DNA of 64,000 nucleotides from Squalus acanthias (lineage: Eukaryota), in assembly GCA_030390025.1 (NCBI GenBank), contig CM059431.1, positions 152,026,001 through 152,090,000 of the forward strand. The letters run 5' to 3'. Numbering within the stretch: the first letter of the stretch is position 1; each line of letters begins with the position of its first letter. Under the pieces are notes generated by a model. The model was not told the DNA's origin. It searched no databases and saw only the letters and a list, made by a program, of their open reading frames with translations. Positions 48,915 through 61,608 of this stretch are shown piece after piece. Position numbers and translations under genes: made by a program.

Positions 48915-49850
48915 AGAGGTCGCACAACACCAGGTTATAGTCCAAGGGGGAAAAATTCAGCTGCTTGCGCCTCCCGTTAGCGCCTTAAGAGGGCGCTAAT
49001 GGGGCGTAAAGCAGCTAACGCCCGGGCGCAGCGCCGCCCACGCCTCCCGAAAAATTTAGTGGGAGGTTAGCGGCGGCGGCAGCCGGTAGCGCCCTGTGGC
49101 GCTGAGCCGCCGGCGTTGACGTCATCGCCGTGCGCAGCACCCCGCTCGCGCCCCGGCCGTGATCTTCAGTCGCGCCCCCTGAATTACCGCCAGACGCTAT
49201 GTCCGACGGGTTCAGGGAGGCGTACGTGCGGCCGGGTCGGCGATATTTAAAGGGGAGGTGGCAGGCGGCCATTTTTGTTGCTGGCCGCCTGCCAGCACCT
49301 GCCCCCGTTGCTGTCCCCGGCCCCCGTGAAGCCCCCCCACCGTGAAGTGCCGGCTGCGCTCCAGGAGCCCGGCACTTCTCTTGAGTGCCGGGCTGTTTTG
49401 CCGGCACTCCCGATCCCTGGGGGCCCAGCTGGGCCCCGGTTCGCGCTGCGCAGGGTCCCTCCCCTTTAAGAAGGGGAGGAAGGCCTGCAATACCGCGGCG
49501 CGACGTGCCGCAGCGCGTGGCGCTGCGGCACGTAGCGCCAGGATATTCACTCGCAGCGCCCCAAGAGGGATGCGGGGTGCTTCCAGTGGCGCCCCGCTTC
49601 CCTCTTGGGGCGCAACCACTGAAGTTCCGGCGCGGGGCCGCTAATTTTTTCGGGGCGCTAAAAGTCGCGCCCCGGCGAGGTTAGCGCCCCAAATGGGGCG
49701 CGACTCAATTTTTACCCCCAACAGTTTTATTTGAAATAACAAGATTTCGGAGCTTGTGATTTCAAATAAAACTGTTGGACTATAACCTGGTGTTGTTCGA
49801 CCTCTCAATTTTGTCCACCCCAGTCCAACGCCGGCATCTCCGCATCATGA
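48915..49850 (+). mobile_element. Penelope-derived short hairpin insertion (12-bp TSD) containing a nested Harbinger MITE
   Basis: TSD CTAATATTACTG at 48903-48914 and 49851-49862. Ends at ...CATCATG like the pLTR. Hammerhead core deleted. Confidence 0.8.
48946..49718 (+). mobile_element. Non-autonomous Harbinger (MITE-like), 773 bp
   Basis: TIRs GGGGGAAAAATT / AATTTTTACCCC; TSD CAA; left subterminal sequence nearly identical to Harbinger-1; CpG-rich. Confidence 0.9.
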
Positions 49851-52800
49851 CTAATATTACTGGCCATGACTCCACTCTACCATTACTAGTGATGACATAC
49901 TCTAACATTACAATGATGACCCAACTTTATCATTACTGTTGGTGCTCATAATCTATCATTATTCTTGATGACCCTACGCTAACATTACATGTGGGCATTA
50001 TACTCTAACATTACTGGTGGTGACTCAACTCTAACATTACTGTTGGTGACCATACTCTATCATTACCGGTGGTGAACCTACTCTAACATTATTGGCGTTG
50101 ACCCTAGTCTAACATTACTCATAGTGTCTCTATTCTAACATTACTTTGATGACGCTACACAGTCATTACTGGTGATTTCCCTACACTAACACTAATGATG
50201 ATGACCCTACTCCAGCATTACTAGTGATAACCCAGCTGTATCATTACTGGTGATGTTACTTTTCGAACATTAATAGTGATGACTCTACTCTAACATTACT
50301 GTTGGTGACACTACTCTAACACTACTGGTGACGAATCTACACTAAAATTCCTGCTGGTGAATTTGCTCTAACATTACTGCTGGTGACTTTGCTCTAACAT
50401 TACTGGTGAATATCCTACTCTAACATTACTGGTGATGACTCTACTCTAACATTAATGATGGTGACTCGACTATAAAATTACTGTTGGTGACACTACTCGA
50501 ACACTACTGGTGACGAATCGACTCTAACATTACTGCAGGTGAGTTTGCTCTGACATAACTGGGGATGAGCCTACTCTAACATTACTGGTGGTGACTTTGA
50601 TCTAACATTACTCGTGGTGACCATAAACTAACATGACCCTGCATGTTACTAACATGAAACTAAAGTGACCCTGCTCTTAGAATAATGTGGTGTCCCTACA
50701 ATATCATTACTGGTGGTGAACCTACGCCAACATTAATGGTGGTGACTCTACTCTATCATTACTGGTGGTGACCCTCCTGTAACATTATTGGTGGCGACTC
50801 TACTCTAACGTTACTGCGGATTACACTACAACATCATTTCTGATGATGACCGTATTCCAACCTAACTGTTGGAGAGCTTTCTCTAGTTTTATTTTATGTG
50901 ACTCTACTGTAATGTGTTTATGGAGAGGATCCTTCTCTAACATTACTGGGGGTGCCCGTATTCTAATAAGATGTATGATGACTTTACGCTGCATCTACGT
51001 CTGGTGATCGCGCTCCACCATTATTGATTGTGATTTTGCTATCACATTACTGTTGCCAATGCTTGAGGTTTGACTGGGCTTACTTGTATTCCTATTTCTA
51101 TGTTTCTAATCTATCGCATTATCCCTCAGCTCAGAGTTTACCCATCTATAAATATGCTAGATCTTTTCTAACATATTTCAACAGCCTGATGTTACCTGTA
51201 TAAAAGCTTTATGTCTTTATCTTCTTGAGTTATGCCATATTTTCAGAATGAATTCCGTTTCCGCAGTTATCTTTAAAAAATGTTCCATATCGTCCTCTGG
51301 TACGGCTTGATTCTCAATTCCACCATCATTTTTATTATAAACCCAAGGAAAATATTTTAATATGTTAACAAAGCCTTTATCTTCCTGAATCATATCTGCA
51401 CCGTCACTGCCCCGCAATCCTATCCGTTCTCTCACGGTAATTGGATCAAAACTTCCAAATTTGATGGGGTGTAAAATTGGCGGTAGTGGATCGACCGCCC
51501 ATTACACACCGCGCCCGATTTTGTATTGTGATCATCCCACGCCATGTGTTGATCTTTCCACAGTTGAAATATATAAAATCCACTCACTGGGGATAATTGT
51601 ACATATAGGCGATTATGTAAAATTGCCGAAATATAATGGTCACCAATATTACGCCCCGCCCAATTTTCCACTCCATTGAATTCAAAGGAAGGAAATTCGA
51701 CCCTGGTGTATAGTGAGCGGCCAATTCTATGTCGTTCATGTTGACCACCGCTTAAAGTTATAAACACCCCACTATTTATTTCAAACTTTATAACAACACC
51801 AGAGATGACAATGGCTATTGCAGGTGAATCAATTCTCCATATATTAATCTTATTACTCCATTACCTTGTACATATTTACCAAGTGCTTCATTACTACCCA
51901 ATTGACACAATACCCTGCATGGATTGGGCGTTTTTTTTGATTTTCAGAAACTGGTTTTTAGATCGATATGTATTAGAAAGATACTATTCACTGTTACTTG
52001 TATAATCAAACTTTCAGTTTTGAAATGCAACATGATTAATTATATGAAAATAAAACACCACCGTTTAATGATGGCGTGCATTGTATGCTTGGCAGCATAA
52101 GAACATTCATTCATTCGATAATTTGCCTAGTATTGATAATGGGTTTCTAATAAAATTGCAAAACTCGTGAATTGCAATAGGAACAAAAAAGAAAAAAGAG
52201 CTGTTGTTATAAATCTGAAGCAAAAACAGAAAATCTTGCAAACATTCAGCATCTGTGGATAAAACACACACAACAACATTTACAAATTAAATTTCTACAG
52301 CGACCTTAAATTAGTAAAACGTGCCAAGGCGCTTCACAGGAGCGTTATCAGGCAAGCATTTGATACCGAACCACATAAGGACATATTACCATAAGCTGTC
52401 TGTCGCTCTCCCTCTCTCTGCTGCTCTCTGGAGTGGGACTTGAACCCACAACCTCCTGACTCAGAGGCGAGCATTGTACCAACTGAAAGTAACATTCATC
52501 TGTACCCGCTCTAAGACCTTGGCATCCTTGCTAAAGTGTGATGTCCAGAATTAAACACAATACTTCATCTCGGGCCAAGCCACTGTTTTATAAAGGTTTA
52601 GCGTTCTGTTCAATAGTCTCTCATTAGAGAGAGGAGATCTTCACCCATTGTGTCTGTGCAGCATTAGCCCAGGTCCCAGATGTGAAAATTATATTTCGGC
52701 ACTTTTGAGATTGGGTGCTTATACAAATGTTAAAATAAATATTCTTCTGGCAACTTTAGAGAGTGCTCTTTGCACAACCCACTAAAAACAATCAACAAAA

Positions 52801-53111
52801 TCTGATAAGCTTTTGTCTGCACACAGCAAACATATCCGGTGGGGTTTGATGGTAATTTTCACATCCGAACTGCACACTGAGTCAAGCAGCAAAACCTCCA
52901 ACATTTCTGCTGATTAAATATTGTCTTCTGAAGAATCACCAGAGGACAAGGTGAAAACCTGGGATGGTGCTTTAATACTGAGATAATATGATAATATTAA
53001 CTCCATTGTGCAAGACTGCGATAACAATACATCAGTTCACTATTTGAAGGTTAAGAGTATTCTGGAGATTTGCAGCATTGTCTCAATGGGATATGTTTAC
53101 TTTCAGACTTC

Positions 53112-54004
53112 GGGGGAGAAATTCAGTATCGCCCCATTTGGGGCGCAATTATCGGCCGAGCGCAAAGATTAGCGCCTGGCGCTAATTATCGCCACCGACT
53201 GCAAACTTGACTTTTATCGCCCCTGGAGGTGATTGCAGCGCTATATCAGGCGCTTCACACCTGTCTTAAGGCGCAAAGGCCGAGGAGCGAGGCGCTACCT
53301 CAGAGCGCTGGCGAAGCTCATGTAATGTCAGTCAGTAATGGAACACACACACAATGGCACGGGCCAGTTCTTAAAGGGGATGGTTAATCTTGCTTTCCAT
53401 CCACATCCTGCTCATTGCAGCCTTGAATCTCGGCCTGGAGAGACTTGCACATCAAATGTGCTGGAAAGAACAATGGAGAGTACCAGGCAAAGAGCTCAGA
53501 GTGCAGCCCCCACAGTCTCTGCTAAATCGATACTAGGAATGGCAAATCAAAATGAACCTGCAAAGTGCTGCTCAGTACCCAAAACTACTTCAGACAACGT
53601 TGAATCTCTCCAGAAGTCTCTCCCTCTGTCTCTCAGAATGCGTAGTTCAAAAATGGCACCAACAATAAAAGGCAGGAAGCGGTCACCTTTAAATAGCGCT
53701 CCCCCTTTCCCTTCATGACTTAAGAACGCTCCCCTCAACCTGTCGTTGCTAGCGTCAGGCGGTAAGGCAGGGGGCGCCACTCAATATCCGCTCCGGGGCG
53801 ATACCGGGGCGTTGCGCACTCGAGTGACGTCATGATCTGCTGGCGCAGGAAATCGTGGCGGTAGTGTTTAGCGCTGCCGCAAAATGTCTAGTTAATTTCG
53901 CGAGTGGCGCAAACCTCGCCGCGCCTGGGCATTAGATGCTTTGCGCCCCATTTGCGCACTCTTAAGTCACTAACGGGAGGTGCAACCAACTGAATTTTCC
54001 CCCC
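53112..54004 (-). mobile_element. Internally deleted Harbinger derivative, 893 bp
   Basis: TIRs GGGGGAGAAATTCAG / CTGAATTTTCCCCCC. Both subterminal regions and the Myb start (MESTRQRAQ) remain. Absent at the paralogous site (~20470). TSD not cleanly resolved. Confidence 0.85.
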
Positions 54005-57000
54005 TAATTAGATCCTTAGTCTGATTTTTGATTATGCTGGAAAGTTTATGGAAGCTAAAGCGATACCCAGTCCTAAAAAGGGAATAAGTGTCCAATTCGG
54101 GTTCAGTCGAAGCAGAGGGAAACTTAATCAATTTCAATACCTTAAAAACTGATATTTATATGGAGCATCGACAATAAAAATAAAATATAGGAAAGCTACG
54201 ATAGACTAATAGAGAACCAAACAAAGCCACAGAGGACAATCAAAAAGGGCATTTTATAGGCACATTACTAATAGTAGGACATACGATTTAATAATTTATA
54301 CAAATGACCTGATCTTGGGTGTACAGGGCATCATTTCAGTGTTTGCAAATGCCACGAAACTTGGAAATGTATTAAACAGTGAGGAGCATAGTAACAGACT
54401 TCAAGAGGACACAGACTGGCGAAATGGGCAGACACAATGCATATGGAATTTAATGCAGAAAAGTGTTAAGTGATTCATTTTGGATGGAAGTACAAGGTGA
54501 GGAAATATAAACTAAATGGTACAATTTAAATGGGGTGCAGGAACAGAAAGGTGGACGTACACAAGTCTTTGAAGCTGGCAGGACAAGTCGATAAAGCTGT
54601 TAAAAAAGCATACGGGAATCGTTGGCTTTATAAATAGAGGCATAGATTACAAAAGCAATGAAGTTATGATAAAACTTCATAAAACACAGGTTAGGTCTCA
54701 ACTGGAGCTTTGTGTCCAGTTCTGGGCACTGCACTTTAGGAAGGATGCCAAGGCCGTAGAGAGGATTTAGAAAATATTTAGTGGAATGGTACGAGAGATG
54801 AGGGACTTTAGTTGTACGAAGAGACTAGAGAAGCTGGGGTTGTTCTTCTTAAAACAAAAAAGTTGAAGGGCTGGTTTAAACGAACTGTTCAAAATACTGG
54901 TGCGTTTTGATCGATTAAATAAGGATAAACTGTTCCCATTGGCAGGACGATCGGTTAGCAGATGTCACAATGTTAAGAGAATTTGCATAAGAACCAGAGG
55001 TGGAGAAGAGTAGATTTTTTTATGCAGCGAGTTGTGGTGATCTGGAATGCACTGCATGAAAGGGCGGTGGAAGCAGATTCAATAATAATCTTCAAAAGGG
55101 AATGAGTTATCTACTTCAAAGAGGAAAAAATGCAGGGTTATGTGGAAAGAGCACCCAAGGAGTCGGACTCATTGGACAACTCTTTCAAAGAGCCGGCACA
55201 GGTACGATCTGCCGAATAGTCTCCTTCTGTGCGGCATGATTCTAATTTTGTATAAGATAAGGGTGAGGCAATTAAGTGATGAAGGTGGAATGTTTTATAT
55301 TGAAGATCGTGGGCATTATATCAACACGGAATGCCTGATTCTCTGACAAGATGGTTCACGGAAGGTGATACATTCACACAATGCACTGAGCGGGAAATTG
55401 AAGGGCCGCATGCCATGGGTTTTCTGTCTATGAGTTAAAAGGACCAAAAATCACGAGCTGCCGGGACACGTGTTCTGAAGCAATGGACACTGACATTAAA
55501 TGAATTTATTGCCTCAGTTTCCACAAAGGGGCAGTTACTGGGTTTGGAGTGTTAAGTGATGCATTTAGGAGGGAAGAATGAGGAGAGTTAATATTATCTA
55601 AATGGTACAATTTAAATGGGGCGCAGGAGCAGTGAGGTGCACCTACACACATCTTTGAAGCTGTCAGGACAAGTCTATAAAAGTGTTAAATAAGCATACG
55701 GGAATCGTTATCTTTATAAATAGAGGCATAGATTACAAAAGCAAGGAATTTATGGGAAATCTTCATAAAACACTGGATAGGCCTCAACTGGAGCTTTGTG
55801 TCCAGTTCTGGGCACCGCACTTTAGGAAGGATGCCAAGATCTTAGAGAGGATACAGAAAAGATTTAGTAGTATGGTACGAGGGATGAGGGACTTTAGTTG
55901 TACGGAGAGGTTGGAGAAGCTGGGGCTTTTTTTCTGAAAAGAGAGAAGGTTAAGGGGAGGTTTAAAAGAATTGTTGAAAATAATGCTGCGTTTTGATAGA
56001 TTAATTAAGGAGTAACGGTACCCATTGGCAGGAAGATCGGTAAGCAGATGACTCAGATTTAAGAGAAACTGTTTGCAGTGGCAGGAGAGTCAGTAACCAG
56101 AGGACACAGATTTCAGGTAAATGGAATAAGAACCAGAAGGAGTGAGTTGTTATGATCTAGACTGCCCTACCTGAAAGAGTGGTGGAAGCAGATTCAATAG
56201 CAACTTTCAAAAGGCAATTGGATAAATACATGAAGGGAGCAATTTGCAGGGCTATGTGGAAAGGGCAAATGAATGGGACTAATTGAATAGCTCTACCAAA
56301 AGAGGCGGCACTGGTGCGATGTCCCTAATGGCCTCCCTCTGTGCTGTATCATTTCACAATTCAATGAACATGCTTGATCAAGTACATCGAGTAGAGAGGG
56401 ACCTGGGGTTGCATGTACATAAATCTTTCAACCTGGTAGGGAACTTGAGCAGGCTGTTAATAAAGCATATGGGATCCTTGTCTTTATTTATCGTGGAATG
56501 GAGTACAAAAGCAAGGAAATTATGCTTAACTTTTATAAAACAACACTTAGGCCTCAGCCGGATTATTGTGTTAAATTTTGGGAAAATCACTTTCGGAAGG
56601 ATGTCAAGTCCTTAGAGAGGGCGCAGTGAAGATTTACAAGAATGGTACCAGGGATGATGGATTTCAGTTATGTGGAGAGGCTGGAGAAGGTGGGATTGTT
56701 CCTCTTGGAGCAGACATGGTTTAGAAGAGATTTGACAGAATGTTCCAAAATCATGAAGGGTTTTGACAGAGTAAATAGGGAGAAACTCTTTCTAGTGGCA
56801 GGAGGATCAGTAACCAGAGGACACAGGTTTAAGGTGATTGGCAAAAGAACCAGATGCGACATGAGGAAACCTTTCTTTACGCAGCGAGTTACGATGATCT
56901 GGAATGCGCTGCCTGAAAGGGTGGTGGAAGCAGATTCAATAGTAACATTCAAAAGAGAATTGGATAAATACTTGAAAGGAAAAACATTGCAGTGCTATGA

Positions 57001-57439
57001 GGAAAGAGCAGGGGAGTGGGGCTAGTTAGATAACTCAACCACGGAGGCAGCACAGGCACGATGGTTTGAATGACCTCCTGCTGTGCTGTATCATTCCATG
57101 ATCCTATGATCAAGAAGTTAAAGAAAATACTTGCTTCAATATCTAATGGCATAAAATACTAATAGCGAGATCGCGGGTTGTACGAGACCTTATTAATGTC
57201 ACAGTTGCAACATATTGACACGTTTTGTTCACCCTCTTATAGGCCGGATATAAAAGCAATGGAAATTTGTCTGCATTTAATCACTAGGTTGTTGCTGGGA
57301 ATGAAAACTTGCAGTCATTAAGACTACGAGGAAATGCTTTATTCCACTGGAGGTGGGAACACTATCAGGTAATTTGCTAGAGTTCTGTAAGATCATGAGG
57401 GTGACCCGTAATACATTCTTCCCACTGCTTAAAAACGTA

Positions 57440-60400
57440 AGAACATAAGGCCATAAGAATTAGGAGCAGGACTAGGCCATACGGCATATCGAGCCTGCTC
57501 CGCCATTCATAGAGGCATAGAAGCATTGAAGATTGTAGCAGGAGTAGGCCATTCGGTCCCTAGAGCCTGCTCCGCCATTTAATGAGATCATGTCTGATCA
57601 TCAAAATTCAGTACCCTGTCCCTGTTTTCTCCCCATATCCCTTGATGCCTTTAGCCTTAAGAAATATATCTACCTCCTTCTTGAATATATTTAATGAATT
57701 GGCCTCAACTGCCCTCTGTGGTAGAGAATTCAACAGTTTCACCAGTCTCTGGGTGAAGAAATTCCTCCTCATCTCAGTCTTAAATGGCTTACCCCATATC
57801 TTTAGACTGTGACCTCTGGTTCTGGACTTCCCCGCCATCGGGAACATCCTTCCTGCATCTAGTATGTCTAGTTCTGTTAGAATTTTATAACTTTCAATGA
57901 GATCCCCTCTCATTCTTCTAAACTCTAGCGAATACAAGCCTAATCGAACCAATCTCTCTTCAAACGTCATTCCTGCCATCACAGTTATCAGTCTGGTAAA
58001 TATTCGCTGTACTCCCTCCATGGCAAGAACATCCTTCTTCAGATAAGGCGACCAAAACTACACACAATACTCAAGGTGTGGTCTCACCAACGCCTTGTAC
58101 AACTGCAGCAAGACATCCTTGCTGCTGTACTCGAATCCTTTCGCTATGAAGGTCAACATACCATTTGCCTTCTTAACTGCTTGCTGCACCTGCATGCTTA
58201 CGTTCAGCGACTGGTGCACTAGGACACCCAGATCTCTTTGTACTTCCCCTTTTCTCAATCTATTGCCGTTCAGATAATGATCTGTTTTCCTGTTTTTGCC
58301 ACCAAAGTGGATAACCTCGCATTTATCCACATTATACTGCCTCTGCCATCTATCTGCCCAATCACCAAACCTGTCCAAATCATACTGGAGTTTCTCTGCA
58401 TCCTCCTCACAGCACACACGCCCACCCAGCTTTGTGTCGTCTGCAAATTTAGAGATACAACATCTAGTTCCCTCGTCTAGATCATTAATATATGTTGTGA
58501 ATAGCTGGGGTCATGGCACCGATCCCTACGGTACCCCACTAGTCACTTCCTGCCACTCGGAAAAAGGCCCTTTTATTCAATAAGATCATGGCCGATTTTC
58601 GACCTCAACTCCACTTTCCTGCTCGATCCCCATCTCCCCTGTTTCCCTTAGTTTGCAAAAATCTATCGATCTCAGCCTTGAATATAATCAATGACTAAGC
58701 ATCCACAGCACTCTGGAGTACAGAATTCAAAAGATTCACAAATCTCTCAGTGAAGAAATGTCTCCTAATCTCATTCCTAAGTGGTTGACCCGTTATCCTT
58801 ACCATATCGCACCTAGCTGTTGACGCTACAGCCAGGAGAAGCAGCCTCTCAGCATGTACCCTGTCAATCCCACAAATAATTGGTACATTCAAAGAGATTA
58901 CCTTTCATTCAACTAACCTCCAGAGAATATAAGCCCATTCTACTCAATCTCTACTCATAAGACAGCCCTCTCATCCCAGGAATCAATCTAGTGAACCTTC
59001 GTTGCTCCCCCTCTAAGGTAAGTATAGCGTTTCTTCGGTAAGGTGACCATAACTGTACAAGTACTCCAGGTGTGTTCTCACCAAAATCCCATATAATTGC
59101 TGCAAAGCTTGCTTACACTTATACACTAACCGTCTTGCAATAAAGGCAAATATACCATTTGTCTTCCTAATTGCTTGCTGCACCTGTGTGTTCACTCTCT
59201 AAGATTCATTTACAAGAACACCCAAATCTCTCTGAATACCAACATTTACTGGCCTCTCACCTTTAAAAAAAATGTTTTTCGATTCTTCCTACCCAAGTGG
59301 ATAGTTTTCATATTTCCCCTCATTATACTCCATACACCACCTTCCTGCCCAATCATGTAACTGGTCTATGTCCCTTTGCAGACTCTTTTTGCCCTCCTGA
59401 AAGCTTACTTTCCCACATAGCTTTCTATCGTCAGCAAACCTGGATATATTACACTCGGTCCCCTCATTTAAGTCATTGATATAGATTTAAATAGCTGAGG
59501 CCCACGCACTGACCATGCGGCATTCCACTATTTGTATCTTGCCATTACAAAAATGACACGTTTATTCCTACTCTCTGTTCTCTGTCCGTTAACCATTCTC
59601 AATCCAAGCCAATAGCGTACCTCCAATCCCATGGGCAGTAAACTTGTGCAACAGCCACTTGTTTGGTATGTTATCGAATGCCTTCTGAAAATCCAAATAT
59701 ACTACTATCACTGTTTCTCCCTTATCTACTCTATCAGTTACATCCTTAAATAGTCCAATAGATTTGTCAAACACAATTTACTTGTCATAAAACCGTGTTG
59801 ACTCTGCCTAATCATTTTATGATTTATTTTATGTTCCCTGTTACCATTTCCCGAATAATAGTTTCTAGCATTCTCCCTACTACCGATGTAAGGCCAACTG
59901 GTCTTTAGATCCCTGTTTTCGCTCTCCCTCTTTTCTTGCACGGCTGAGTTATATTTGCTGACTTACAATCGACGGGGATGTTCTAGAATCTGGGGAAATC
60001 TGGAAAATCCAAACCACTGCATCCACTATCTCTGCAGCCACCTCTTTGGAAACCCTAATGTGTAGGTCATCAGATCCAGGGTATTTATCGCCTTTTAGTC
60101 CCATTAATTTCACCAGTATTTTTAATTTACTTATATTAACTATTATAAGTTCCTCACTCTGGTTTGCCTTTCCCCTTTCACAACTATTATGAGAGAAAGT
60201 CTTCACGGATTTGTAAAAGTTCTGTAACGTGTAACGAAGCTAATTGATTTTCTTTGAGGAGGTAACTAACGTTGCCGTTAATCATGTTGCTATGGATGCT
60301 ATTTATATGAAATACGGAAGGCATTGGCAAGGTTGCACATAATAGACTGTCAACTAAGATGAGTGCGCATGGAATTGGTGGCAACTTTTGGCTTGGCTAG

Positions 60401-61265
60401 GTTTTTGATCAGGAGGTCGGAAACAGAGAGTAAAGCTAATGGGTATGTGCTCAAATTGGCAGGATGTGACGAGTGGTGTCTCCCTGGGATCGCTACGTAG
60501 CCTCAGCTTTTCAATAAATTTAGAAATGACTTGGACGAAGGAATAGATAGCAATATATCTAAGTTTGCTGACGACGCTAAGTTAGGTCCCACAATAAATA
60601 ATGCAGATGGGAAGAGAAAGTTGAAAGGGGACATTGATAACTTAAGAGAGTGGGCAAAACTGTGGCAGATGGAGCTTAACGTTGGAAAATGCGAATTCAT
60701 CCACTTTGGACAAAACAAATGCAGATCAGAGTGTTTTCTAAATAGTGAGATGTTAGCAAACTAGCAACTGTAGATGATCAGAGAGATTTAGTGATCCAAG
60801 TACAGAAATCACGAAAAGCTAGTGGACAGGTACAAAAAATAATTAAAAAGGCTAATGTAACATTGGCTTATATCTCAAGCGGGCTGTATTACAAAGGGTG
60901 GTGGTTATGTTGCAGCTGTAGTTAACTCCGGTAAACCCCATCTGGAACACTGCACGCAGTTCTGGGCATCGCACCTCAGGAAGGATATATTGGCCTTGGA
61001 GGGGCTGCAGCGCAGATTCAACAGAATGATACAAGGGCTAAAATAATTAAATTGCATTTAATGCAGAAGATTAAGGGTAGACGTAAGTGAGGTGATTAAG
61101 ATGATCAAATTAGTTGATAGGGTAGATAGAGAGAAACTCTTCCCTATGGTGGGGCGAGCCTAGAACAAGGGATTATAACCTTTAAATTAGAGCTGGGACG
61201 TTCAGAGGTGATGTCAGGCAGCAGTTCTTCATACAGAGGGTATTGGAAATCTGGAACTCTCTGTC
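57440..61265. mobile_element. Nested CR1 fragments (minus strand ~57440-60190; plus strand ~60190-61265)
   Basis: RT C-terminal peptides: VRPHLEYCV, YLDFQKAFD, SKFADDAKL. Confidence 0.8.
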
Positions 61266-61327
61266 CCAATAAATAAATGTGAGAAGTCGCACAACACCAG
61301 GTTATAGTCCAAAAGTTTTATTTGATA

Positions 61328-61364
61328 TCACAAGCTTTCGGAGCGCTGCTCCTTCGTCAGGTGA
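61328..61364 (-). ncRNA. Minimal hammerhead ribozyme motif, intact
   Basis: Reverse complement TCAC-CTGACGA-A-GGAGCAGCGCTCC-GAAA-GCTT-GTGA is identical to 12120-12156. Confidence 0.8.
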
Positions 61365-61571
61365 AGTGAAGAGTTGCATATATAGTCAGAGAACACTGCC
61401 AGATGATTATAGTTAATCTTTGCAACTGCCCATTATCACACCAGCCACACCTTTGATTGCCGTGATTATCTCTCTGCCGAGGTGTGATAAAGGGCAGTTG
61501 GAAAGATTAACTATAATCATCTGACAGTGTTCTCTGACTACATATGCTGTGTCTATATGCATCTCTTCACT

Positions 61572-61608
61572 TCACCTGAGGAAGGAGCAGCAATCCGAAA
61601 GCTCGTGA
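61572..61608 (+). ncRNA. Minimal hammerhead ribozyme motif with weakened stem II
   Basis: TCAC-CTGAGGA-A-GGAGCAGCAATCC-GAAA-GCTC-GTGA. Confidence 0.6.

Larger units (their letters stand above)
43131..51050. repeat. 26-bp minisatellite array B
   Basis: Same consensus as array A and longer; interrupted at 45770-47552 and 48915-49850. Confidence 0.95.
36355..57075 (+). repeat. Segmental duplication unit B
   Basis: Matches include 1-790 with 36355-37145, 5528 with 41380, 12693 with 51063, and 23761 with ~55277. Confidence 0.9.

Noticed and set aside
49015..49684. Overlapping GC-rich ORFs
   Set aside because: Chance ORFs in a stop-poor MITE with no recognisable domain.
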